Source: Haliotis cracherodii | Lineage: Eukaryota | Length of the DNA: 64,000 nt | Direction: 5' to 3' | Assembly (NCBI RefSeq): GCF_022045235.1 | Contig: NW_027266273.1 | Span: 18,166,001 to 18,230,000 of the forward strand | Shown: piece after piece, positions 36,648 to 49,655 of the stretch | Numbering within the stretch: position 1 is the first letter of the stretch | Layout: the number at the start of each line of letters is the position of its first letter | Position numbers and translations under genes: made by a program | The notes under the pieces: model-generated | The model's database searches: none | The model's input: the letters and a program-made list of their open reading frames with translations, nothing else | What the model was told of the DNA's origin: nothing

Positions 36648-39600
36648 CTATTTGCACCAAGGTGCATCGTCATTCACCTCAACGTCAATCTCACAGAGAG
36701 CATTTAACTTCCCATTTACGCCATAGGCACCCCATATGCCCAAAACAAACATTTTGCCATAAATCTGACCAGTTGCATTCTCCATTGTGGGGTTCCAGTT
36801 GCTGTAGGACCAAAGAGGCTGTCCGTTTGTCCAGCGCCATGCAACATCGATGTTAGCACGTTCCAGACCGATCCACACAGTTCTGTCTGTAGACATGAAA
36901 ACAGTCGTGCTGTGAATTTGTGATTTAATGCCCATATTGTGTTGTAGATATAAAGGAACATGCATGAAATCCATGCCATGGTACCAGGTAACCATTGAAT
37001 GAATTAATGCAAATCGCCCACCTTAGAAATCGTACACTCATACCACATAGAAAAATATTGTAAGATTTTGTTTTTCGCTACAGTCAGCAACATCATAACG
37101 AACAAGGTCTACTTGGTAATTACATTTGTGACACACGTGCACCTTGTAGATTAACATGACGTGACATAATAAGTCAAAACATGAGCACGTGTCACGAGGG
37201 TATTGACAACCATTCTCTGTGAAAGAAAACAACGTGCGTCAGGATTGTCCCATTGAGTTCCGTCTGTATATTAAATAACAGCGCACTGAGCACTTATGCA
37301 CAGGGAATGCAGCACTATACACACTGCATATATTATCATCATCAAAACTTAAAGATTACATTTTTTTTAAATGAAGCAAAGAGGGTTTGTGTGATCCTGG
37401 CACGGTCAGGCAGGCTCGTCATCAGCTCAGGGCTGACAGCGATGGGACTTCTTCCAGCGTTGTGTTGTCAAACCCACCCAGAACTTTTCGGAGAATGTGA
37501 AGACTCCCCAACACTACAGCTTTCTGCATTACCCAGATTGTCAGAAGGGCTGTATTCATGGTAGCAAACCCGGGTACTCTCACAATGTCAGTCATGACAG
37601 ATTGGGGGGTACCAAACCTAAGGCAATGAGAACAATGGGGAGTCGGGCAACGTGGTACTTGGGATGCAAGCGTGACATTTCGAAAGCAAGGTCCGCATAT
37701 TTGCCATGTTTTTCCTCAATTTTGTCAATCACATTAGTGTCAAAGGGGACAGAATTCAAGTCAATGATATAAATGATTTCATTGGATATTTCAAGGACAA
37801 GAGCTGGTTTTTGACCTGGAGACGTCTAAGTCTGTAAATCGGACTATTCCAAAGAATTTTGTATTGATCATTTTCCATGACGCATTCTACATATTCTGGG
37901 TCGAACCATGGGTGGACCTCTGTGTCAAAACCACAAGCATGGCGAAGACGGTAATAAAATGATCGAGCAACTCTATCATGTCGTTTAAGATACTGTGTTT
38001 GTGCCAAAGCTGGGCATCCACCGAGAATGTGGCAGTCTCATTAAAATCATATCTTAATCTGCATTTCATATTTATATTTTGATGCAAAATCACACATTGA
38101 CGGTTTCGAGTAGGAAGTGACTGGTCCTGAGCAGCAAACAGAAAGCCTTCTGTTTCACCTTTCAGGCTAGACGACTTCATCCAAGCAAAGGACTCTGCAG
38201 GATTGCTGATCTTCTCAACACAATGCACATTAACTCGATGCAGTGGTCTTGATAGCCTCTCCTTAAGTCTGGGCCGACTTGATATTGCACTTCGCTTAGT
38301 GGACAATCATTTCTGTACCGTCCAGCAGAACAGAACCATCAACAAAATCAACACCGATATAGAGATCAGGTATAATTTAGAGTTGCACTTACCGTTTGCA
38401 ACAATCGAAGCTTGTTTGTTGTCCTCCTCAGATCTTATGAAGGCGAGATGTCCTGAGTTCTGCAGACACAATATCTTGGCGTCTGGAAAACGCATGCTTG
38501 AAGATGTATGCCCTCTGAGACACTGGTTTGTGAAACGACTGTAGATGTAGGTGGGGGGACAAGCACCTGGAAGAAGACAGTCGGCACTGACTGACTGTAT
38601 ATCGGTGAAACCCCATATAGTTTATAAACACTAGATTAATTAGTTTCATTCATTTAAGTAAGGCACATATTTGTATTTTAGACGCATTTTAGACACACAA
38701 TGCATTGCTAATATATTGTTACGAATGGTATGTTTCATTTATTGAATGGCTGAACGGCAATACGAGTTAACAAAGTCCAGACATTTCATACTGATTATCA
38801 TGGGTCTGTCATTTGCGTGTGCGCCAGATGCCTAAAATGATGAAAATCCTTTATTGGAACATAAATGTACGTTTTAACTTCGGGAGACATTAGAATTCGG
38901 TATGTTCTTTTAACAGTCCTTTTTAACAGTATGTCCTTGTTTTTAGTCTAGACTTGATAAACTATCTTAGAAAGTTTGCTGAATTGAAAAGTGCAGGTTC
39001 TGTTCATGAGAATCATGATCTAATAATCAGGATTACATCTGAACTCTTACAATCATTTTGATGAGCCTCTTTGTGTCTGAGGAGATAATGCTTAAAATTT
39101 TCCAAAATTGAAGAACACGTCTTCATTTTTTGCTAAAAATGATAGAATTGTTGTTTCTTATAATAAGACGATTCTCAAATATTTTCAGTGTTACATTATT
39201 CTTTTCACATTTTACTGGCATGAACAAATCTGAAACCAAAGTTGCTGCAGATCACCATATCAATGGCTAACATTCCTGGACCTTGCGGTTTCTTGGCAGG
39301 ATATTTTCACAAAGTGTCGCTAATATTTCTTCAGCGGGAGTGCAAGTGAAGACGTTAACTAACGGACGGATTGAAGGAGAGAGGACGGATAACACACTTA
39401 AACCTTTTGCATATTTGATAGAACGCATCTGTGGGAGGTCACTTAAACTTGTCGTATATCTGATGAAGTGTTACTAAGTTGAATCATAAGCTACAATTTC
39501 TATAGAGAAATTAAATCAAGCGTGTTTATGTCTCGTATGCAGAAGGTAACAACAACCACCTGTCATCCTGTATCAACAGGGTGTTGCAAAGGCTACTTCG

Positions 39601-40195
39601 GGCATTCAGAAAACATGCTAGACTGTGTTTTTGATGAACGCGATGATGACAATAGAAGTTTAAAAAGTCATATTAAAGCTTCAGCCCATTTTCAATGGTT
39701 TAAAAAATACCCTCCATGTATCTTTCCCTTGTTGATTAAGACCAACATAGACCACAGGTGTTCATTCAGATACTGCGTTTCAAGGCCACGTGAAGAGGAC
39801 AGGGAGAAATGAGAGGTAGAAATGAAATGAGTTATTAAAAAAGTACTTTCAGTGACGTAGTTTAGCTTCATCTTTTTTTCCAACAATTTGATGTGAACGT
39901 TTCAGTAGAAAATGTTAACAATTGTGAAGTAAAAGAATACAATTTGGAAGATAACACACTTACTGTTTCTCAGAGAATAGTATTGAACACCACTCCGACC
40001 CTGGAGCTGGTGACTTGCAACGTACACAAACTTCTCCAGGTAGCACTCATGAGTGTTGATGTCATAAAAGAATGAGGAGCAGTTTGGATGGTTTCCACAG
40101 GCGTGTGCGCATCCTTCTTTGAGGGTTACACCAGGCAAGATTGGGCCAATGTTAGCCACGATGTACCCAGTGAAGAACAAGGAGAATGTGAACAT
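36648..40195 (-). CDS. PAN-CTLD protein, copy 4
   Basis: Exons 39964-40195, 38393-38566, 36648-36886; intact. Confidence 0.85.
37345..38364 (-). mobile_element. R4/Dong-like remnant, copy 4 intron 2
   Basis: Co-amplified copy. Confidence 0.8.
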
Positions 40196-43051
40196 GGTGG
40201 CGTCATGTGCAGCAACGACTTAAGGTTCTCATATGCTGTGGCCTAAGTAGTAAAGTACACCACACAGCTTGATATTGACTATATTTGTGTTTACATTAAC
40301 GAGATAAATGCCGTTTTCGCTGAGAGTCCATTTAACTTCATATCGGAAATAGGATGTTTGAAAGCAAACATCAGGCAAAGTGAAAAATAGATGTCTCAAT
40401 TGATCAAGAGTTAAGTGTATTTTTTATTGTTATATATTACCCAGGCAACATGGCAACATCCATGTTTTTACCTTTTTATATCTACAAACCATATCAACTT
40501 TCAGCAATAGTTAATGAACTACTGGATCATTTGCTTTTTTTGTTGATAATGGAGATTGGTTATGCTCAGGCGTTGACGTTTTTTAAATTTACTGGGTCGA
40601 TGTTTCTATATGGTGGTGTATATGTGGTTCCCACGAGGATGCCTACTTGTTGCCTATAATTCGTGCACCAAGATTTTACATAGATGTTATCAGCTTGTTT
40701 TCTCAGTAAACATAAGATGACATTAGTTTTTGGATAGGTTGTCCTGATCATTGAAGATAGATGGCGCAAATGCAAACAAATCCTTTGAGTGTTTAAGAAT
40801 CAACATGGTCTTAATTACACTAACCTTCTGTGAATATTGACAGATCCGTTCCTTGATTGCAATATGGATTATTGTTAATGCAGGAGACACGGTTCTCTTT
40901 TTGTACAGACTTCTCTGGACTTTAGAAATCCAGGCCAACCGCTGATAGTACTGATGCGTGGTTTCAGCGATTTCCTTTCTCAGTTACATTCTGGCCATAT
41001 ATGTGACATTATCAGATTTGTCACTTTTACCAAGTTCTATGATCAAACAATAACGTTGTGTTGCCAACATGTAATGTTCTTGTTATTTGAAGCCTTGTTA
41101 GTAACTACACGCAGCTACAAACTTACATGTATCGTTAAGTTTATTCCAATTCTGTTTCCTATTTTTCAGTTTGTGTATTCTACCAATGAAAACAGCATGC
41201 ACTGACACACTCAGAAAGACATTGGCCAACAGGCTGGTGGCACTTTAATGGGTCTTGGTAGCAATATATAATGGTAACACCATGAGAAGCCTCTGCACTG
41301 ATAACATTGCTACGTATAGGGGTGTTGTCTCAATAGAAACACAGCTCAAGATCCACATTTTCCATGATTCTGAACACAGTATCAGTGAAGCAATCCACAC
41401 CTAATATAGTTGGGTTCAGGCAGTCAGAGAGTTCCAGATGATATTAAGGCATCACAGGGGCACTAAGATATTATGTCAAGTCACACACACGTCAGGCAAC
41501 GGGCATCCATGTTGTCCTAGGACCCTGTAGAAATTCTTGAGGCATGGCTTCTTGAGGCATGGTATCCGTTTCGCAATCTATTAAAGCAAGGGAATCCAGG
41601 GTCCACCTACACAGAACAATCTCAGCGCTACAATTATTGTAACTCCTTACGATCGCGATCTTAGGCTTCGGCTACAATCACCATCCTCTTGCCCAACGCA
41701 GTTGTAGGCTGAGGTCATTGTAAGCTACAATCGAAATTTACAATAACTATTGAGTCGATAGCTAAAAGTATCAATCTCAACTGACTCAATGCTGAAAGAA
41801 GTTTGAAACAACTACTCAAGAGATAAATAAAAACGTAAGTTGTCTGAAAGCGATTACTAACGCCCGTGTCTTTTTGGATAACTCAAGGGCGGGTTATCTT
41901 AGTTAATACTCTAGATGGGAGTGGTTTCCCTTTGTATACGCCGTATAAGTTGAAGAGCAAAACCATACATTTTATATCTAAAATCGAGTGGGACGAGGGG
42001 CGAACGGTTAATATATATTATTTTTTCAAAATATACTATTCACCAAATAAGAAATGCATTTGTTAAGGCAATTGAATCTTGTGTTAAATAACACAAAATA
42101 AGATAAATGTAATTATTACCCATATATATATTGGCTTCTCTCTCACAACTTCGGTCAGGAGGTTTCGAATTTACACTGAATTTATACTGAATGCCCAGAG
42201 TATTTCAGGGAGATGAAACAGCCTAGTGGAGTCACAAAGTGTGAAGTCTTTTCATTGGATCCACGAGATACGGCTGAAATAGTTTTAAAAAGCAGAATTT
42301 ACCCTACCTCACTCACAAGTTGTTTCTTTGTGAAATTCTACCCTTACCGTTATCAATGTTCTCGTGTGTGAACTAGATGTCAGGCGTTTCCCATATGTGT
42401 TAGAGGTCTAACTGTATATACGTTACAGTAACATGAGCTACGGTTTGAGCATTTAGGTCAACTTCAGGTACTACAAACAATTCTATCCCATTATCAGGAA
42501 ACGTACATCACTTTCGTACTTGGGTACTATTCGCTGTTGGATTCTATACATTGCTACAGCAACATCGGGTTAGGTATGTTATGGTGTGTTCTGTGAGAAA
42601 TGTTTTTCAATTGTTATGCTTCTTACCAACACAGAAAACGAATTTAGATGCGAACAGAATTAACCTTCGTAAGACTGGATATTCTGTTTGACCTCTTACT
42701 AGCTCTAGTGTGTTATTAAACGCATTGTTGTGTGCATAAGATCGAGAGAGTAATCTTCACACCAAAACATAACTGGAATACTAGTACTTGTTTGACATTG
42801 TTGACTTTATTCACGACAAATACAGACATTGTGTTTGGAAAGCTTAAGGTAGCCTCTGAACAGTGTTAAGGTGGTTGTTGTAAGTGTTTTGCACAATACT
42901 GAACATAATGGGTACAAGACTCGTTATCATGCTTTCTGTGCTATATAATATATCACTACCCTGTTTGTAGAAACAGAATTGTAACGCTCCATCTTCAGAC
43001 ATGGTTGGTAGTTCATATATTATATTCAATACATACATAATACATGAGCAT

Positions 43052-46000
43052 CTATTTGCACCAAGGTGCATCGTCATTCACCTCAACGTCAATCTCACAG
43101 AGAGCATTTAACTTCCCATTTACGCCATAGGCACCCCATATGCCCAAAACAAACATTTTGCCATAAATCTGACCAGTTGCATTCTCCATTGTGGGGTTCC
43201 AGTTGCTGTAGGACCAAAGAGGCTGTCCGTTTGTCCAGCGCCATGCAACATCGATGTTAGCACGTTCCAGACCGATCCACACAGTTCTGTCTGTAGACAT
43301 GAAAACAGTCGTGCTGTGAATTTGTGATTTAATGCCCATATTGTGTTGTAGATATAAAGGAACATGCATGGAATCCATGCCATGGTACCAGGTAACCATT
43401 GAATGAATTAATGCAAATCGCCCACCTTAGAAATCGTACACTCATACCACATAGAAAAATTTTGTAAGATTTTGTTTTTCGCCACAGTCAGCAACATCAT
43501 AACGAACAAGGTCTACTTGGTAATTACATTTGTGACACACGTGCACCTTGTAGATTAACATGACGTGACATAATAAGTCAAAACATGAGCACGTGTCACG
43601 AGGGTATTGACAACCATTCTCTGTGAAAGAAAACAACGTGCGTCAGGATTGTCCCATTGAGTTCCGTCTGTATATTAAATAACAGCGCACTGAGCACTTA
43701 TGCACAGGGAATGCAGCACTATACAACTGCATATATTATCATCATCAAAACTTACAGATTAAATTTTTTTTAAATGAAGCAAAGAGGGTTTGGGTGATCC
43801 TGGCACGGCCAGGCAGGCTCGTCATCAGCTCAGGGCTGACAGCGATGGGACTTCTTCCAGCGTTGTGTTGTCAAACCCACCCAGAACTTTTCGGAGAATG
43901 TGAAGACTCCCCAACACTACAGCTTTCTGCATTACCCAGATTGTCAGAAGGGCTGTATTCATGGTAGCAAACCTGGGTACTCTCACAATGTCAGTCATGA
44001 CAGATTGGGGGGTACCAAACCTAAGGCAACGAGAACAATGGGGAGTCGGGCAACGTGGTACTTTGGATGCAAGCGGGACATTTCGAAAGCAAGGTCCGCA
44101 TATTTGCCATGTTTTTCCTCAATTTTGTCAATCACATCAGTGTCAAAGGGGACAGAATTCAAGTCAATGATATAAATGATTTCATTGGATATTTCAAGGA
44201 CAAGAGCTGGTTTTTGACCTGGAGACGTCTAAGTCTGTAAATCGGACTATTCCAAAGAATTTTGTATTGATCATTTTCCATGACGCATTCTACATATTCT
44301 GGGTCGAACCATGGGTGGACCTCTGTGTCAAAACCACAAGCATGGCGAAGACGGTAATAAAATGATCGAGCAACTCCATCATGTCGTTTAAGATACTGTG
44401 TTTGTGCCAAAGCTGGGCATCCACCGAGAATGTGGCAGTCTCATTAAAATCATATCTTAATCTGCATTTCATATTTATATTTTGATGCAAAATCACACAT
44501 TGACGGTTTCGAGTAGGAAGTGACTGGTCCTGAGCAGCAAACAGAAAGCCTTCTGTTTCACCTTTCAGGCTAGACGACTTCATCCAAGCAAAGGACTCTG
44601 CAGGATTGCTGATCTTCTCAACACAATGCACATTAACTCGATGCAGTGGTCTTGATAGCCTCTCCTTAAGTCTGGGCCGACTTGATATTGCACTTCGCTT
44701 AGTGGACAATCATTTCTGTACCGTCCAGCAGAACAGAACCATCAACAAAATCAACACCGATATAGAGATCAGGTATAATTTAGAGTTGCACTTACCGTTT
44801 GCAACAATCGAAGCTTGTTTGTTGTCCTCCTCAGATCTTAAGAAGGCGAGATGTCCTGAGTTCTGCAGACACAGTATCTTGGCGTCTGGAAAACGCATGC
44901 TTGAAGATGTATGCCCTCTGAGACACTGGTTTGTGAAACGACTGTAGATGTAGGTGGGGGGACAAGCACCTGGAAGAAGACAGTCGGCACTGACTGACTG
45001 TATATCGGTGAAACCCCATATAGTTTATAAACACTAGATTAATTAGTTTCATTCATTTAAGTAAGGCACATATTTGTATTTTAGACGCATTTTAGACACA
45101 CAATGCATTGCTAATATATTGTTACGAATGGTATGTTTCATTTATTGAATGGCTGAACGGCAATACGAGTTAACAAAGTCCAGACATTTCATACTGATTA
45201 TCATGGGTCTGTCATTTGCGTGTGCGCCAGATGCCTAAAATGATGAAAATCCTTTATTGGAACATAAATGTACGTTTTAACTTCGGGAGACATTAGAATT
45301 CGGTATGTTCTTTTAACAGTCCTTTTTAACAGTATGTCCTTGTTTTTAGTCTAGACTTGATAAACTATCTTAGAAAGTTTGCTGAATTGAAAAGTGCAGG
45401 TTCTGTTCATGAGAATCATGATCTAATAATCAGGATTACATCTGAACTCTTACAATCATTTTGATGAGCCTCTTTGTGTCTGAGGAGATAATGCTTAAAA
45501 TTTTCCAAAATTAAAGAACACGTCTTCATTTTTTGCTAAAAATGATAGAATTGTTGTTTCTTATAATAAGACGATTCTCAAATATTTTCAATGTTACATT
45601 ATTCTTTTCACATTTTACTGGCATGAACAAATCTGAAACCAAAGCTGCTGCAGATCACCATATCAATGGCAAACATTCCTGGACCTTGCGGTTTCTTGGC
45701 AGGATATTTTCACAAAGTGTCGCTAATATTTCTTCAGCGGGAGTGCAAGTGAAGACGTTAACTAACGGACGGATTGAAGGAGAGAGGACGGATAACACAC
45801 TTAAATCTTTTGCATATTTGATAGAACACATCTGTGGGAGGTCACTTAAACTTGTCGTATATCTGATGAAGTGTTACTAAGTTGAATCATAAGCTACAAT
45901 TTCTATAGAGAAATTAAATCAAGCGTGTTTATGTCTCGTATCCAGAAGGTAACAACAACCACCTGTCATCCTGTATCAACAGGGTGTTGCAAAGGCTACT

Positions 46001-46599
46001 TCGGGCATTCAGAAAACATGCTAGACTGTGTTTTTGATGAACGCGATAATGACAATAGAAGTTTAAAAAGTCATATTAAAGCTTCAGCCCATTTTCAATG
46101 GTTTAAAAAAATACCCTCCATGTATCTTTCCCTTGTTGATTAAGACCAACATAGACCACAGGTGTTCATTCAGATACTGCGTTTCAAGGCCACGTGAAGA
46201 GGACAGGGAGAAATGAGAGGTAGAAATGAAATGAGTTATTAAAAAAGTACTTTCAGTGACGTAGTTTAGCTTCATCTTTTTTTCCAACAATTTGATGTGA
46301 ACGTTTCAGTAGAAAATGTTAACAATTGTGAAGTAAAAGAATACAATTTGGATGATAACACACTTACTGTTTCTCAGAGAATAGTATTGAACACCACTCC
46401 GACCCTGGAGCTGGTGACTTGCAACGTACACAAACTTCTCCAGGTAGCACTCATGAGTGTTGATGTCATAAAAGAATGAGGAGCAGTTTGGATGGTTTCC
46501 ACAGGCGTGTGCGCATCCTTCTTTGAGGGTGACACCAGGCAAGATTGGGCCAACGTTAGCCACGATGTACCCAGTGAAGAACAAGGAGAATGTGAACAT
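43052..46599 (-). CDS. PAN-CTLD protein, copy 5
   Basis: Exons 46368-46599, 44796-44969, 43052-43290; intact. Confidence 0.85.
43750..44767 (-). mobile_element. R4/Dong-like remnant, copy 5 intron 2
   Basis: Co-amplified copy. Confidence 0.8.
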
Positions 46600-49500
46600 G
46601 GTGGCGTCATGTGCAGCAACGACTTAAGGTTCTCATATGCTGTGGCCTAAGTAGTAAAGTACATCACACAGCTTGATATTGACTATATTTGTGTTTACAT
46701 TAACGAGATAAATGCCGTTTTCGCTGAGAGTCCATTTAACTTCATATCGGAAATAGAATGTTTGAAAGCAAACATCAGGCAAAGTGAAAAATAGACGTCT
46801 CAATTGATCAAGAGTTAAGTGTATTTTTTATTGTTATATATTACCCAGGGAACATGGCAACATCCATGTTTTTACCTTTTTATATCTACAAACCATATCA
46901 ACTTTCAGCAATAGTTAATGAACTACTGGATCATTTGCTTTTTTTGTTGATAATGGAGATGGGTTATGCTCAGGCGTTGACGTTTTCTAAATTTACTGGG
47001 TTGATGTTTCTATATGGTGGTGTATATATGGTTCCCACGAGGATGCCTACTGCTTGCATTTTTGTCTTGCACCAAGATTTTACATAGATGTTATCAGCTT
47101 GTTTTCTCAGTAAACATAACCTGACATTAGTTTTTGGATAGGTTGTCCTGATCATTGAAGATAGATGGCGCAAATGCAACCAAATCCTTTGAGTGTTTAA
47201 GAATCAACATGGTATTCATTACACTTACCTTCTGTGAATATTGACAGAGCCGTTCCTTGATTGCAATATGGATTATTGTTAATGCGGGAGACACGGTTCT
47301 CTTTTTGTACAGACTTCTATGGACTTTAGAAATCCAGGCCAACCGCTGATAGTACTGATGCGTGGTTTCAGCGATTTCCTTTCTCAGTTACATTCTGGCC
47401 ATATATGTGACATTATCAGATTTGTCACTTTTACCAAATTCTATGATCAAACAATAATGTTGTGTTGCCAACATGTAATGTTCTTGTTATTTGAAGTCTT
47501 GTTAGTAACTACACGCAGCTACAAACTTTCATGTATCGTTAAGTTTATTCCAATTCTGTTTCCTATTTTTCAGTTTGTGTATTCTACCAATGAAAACAGC
47601 ATGCACTGACACACTCAGAAAGACATTGGCCAACAGGCTGGTGGCACTTTAATGGGTCTTGGTAGCAATATATAATGGTAACACCATGAGAAGCCTCTGC
47701 ACTGATAACATTGCTACGTATAGGGGTGTTGTCTCAATAGAAACACAGCTCAAGATCCACATTTTCCATGATTCTGAACACAGTATCAGTGAAGCAATCC
47801 ACACCTAATATAGTTGGGTTCAGGCAGTCAGAGAGTTCCAGATGATGTTAATGCATCACACGTGCACTAAGATGATAGTTCAGGCAACACACACGTCAGG
47901 CAACGGGCATCCATGTTGTCCTAGGACCCTGTAGAAATTCTTAAGGCATGGCTTCTTGAGGCATGGTATCAGTTTCGCAATCTATTAAAGCAAGGGAATC
48001 CGGGGCAATCTTAGCGCTACAACTATTGTAACTCCTTACGATCGCGATCTTAGGCTTCGGCTACAATCATCACCCTCTTGCACAACGCAGTTGTAGGCTG
48101 AGATCATTGTAAGCTACAATCGAAATTTACAATTGGTCAGGACCAATCTTTACTCACTAAGATCGTTGTCGTTCCTGAATAAACTTGACTAAATGGCGTG
48201 CAAGATATGGTCTGTTTCATACAAATGACCTTCTTTACGTTCAAATATTGCCTCATTATTTTGTTAAACTGTATGATTCGAATCGACACTTCAGCAAAAC
48301 GAAGAATGCACCACAGATTTAACGAAAGAAATACCGTTAATTACGATAGTGAACCACATAACTATTGAGTCGATAGCTAAAAGTATCAATCTCAAGCAAG
48401 CAAATACTAACGCCTGTGACCTTTTGGATAACTCAAGGGCAGGTAATCTTAGTTAATACTCTATATGGGAGTGGTTTCCCTTTGTATACGCCGTATAAGT
48501 TGAAGAGCAAAACCATACATTTTTATATCTAAAATCGAGTGGGACGAGGGGCGAACGGTTATGATATATGATTTTTTTTAATTATACTATTCACCAAACA
48601 AGAAATGCATTTGTTAAGACATTTGAATCTTGCGTAAAATAACATTTAAGTAGCAAAATTATAATTCACAAAAAAAGATAAATGTTATTATCACCCATAT
48701 AGTTTATATATATTGGCTACTCTCTCACAACTTCGGTCAGGAGGTTTCGAATTTACACTGAATTTATACTGAATGTATTTCAGGGAGATGAAACAGCCAA
48801 GTGGAGTCACAAAGTGTGAAGCCTTTTCATTGGATCCACGAGATACGGCTGAAATAGTTTTAAAAAGCAGAATTTACCCTACCTCACTCACAAGTTGTTT
48901 CTTTGTGGAAACACCAAATTCTACCCTTACCGTTATCAATGTTCCCGTGTGTGAACTAGATATCAGGCGTTTCCCATATGTGTTAGAGGTCTAACTGTAT
49001 ATAAGTTACCGTACAGTAACATGAGCTACGGTTTGAACATTTAGGTCAACTTCAGGTACTTCAAACAATTGTATCCCATTATCAGGGAACGTACATCACT
49101 TTCGCACTTGGGTTCTATTCGCTGTTGAATTCTATACATTGCTACAGTAACATCGGGTTAGGTACACTAAGGTGTGTTCTGTGAGAAATGTTTTTCAATT
49201 GTTATGCTTCTTACCAACACAGAAAACGTATTTAGATGTGTACAGAAGTAAACCTTCGTAAGACTAGATATTCTGTTTGACCTCTTACTAGCTCTAGTGT
49301 GTTATCAAACGCATTGTTGTGTGCATAAGATCGAGAGAGTAATCTTCACACCAAAACGTAACTGGAATACTAGTACTTGTTTGACATTGTTGACTTTATT
49401 CACGACAAATACAGACACTGTGTTTGGAAAGCACAAGGTAGCCTCTGAACAGTGTTAAGGTGGTTGTTGTAAGTGTTTTGCACAATACTGAACATAATGG

Positions 49501-49655
49501 GTACAAGACTCGTTATCACGCTTTCTGTGCTATATGATATATCACTACCCTGTTTGTAGAAACAGAATTGTAACGCTCCATCTTCAGACATGGTTGGTAG
49601 TTCATATATCATATTCAATACATACATAATACATGAACATCTATATATCTTAACA

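Larger units (their letters stand above)
21387..47846. repeat. Tandem segmental amplification, about 4.1 units of 6.4 kb
   Basis: The anchor ggttcccacgaggatgcctact recurs at 21387, 27801, 34214, 40626 and 47030 (periods 6414, 6413, 6412, 6404). Units differ only by scattered SNPs and small indels; identity drops after about 47847. Confidence 0.95.

Noticed and set aside
27138-46599. Positive selection or hypervariability among copies 2-5
   Set aside because: Too few coding differences, with similar numbers of synonymous and nonsynonymous changes and no hypervariable block.
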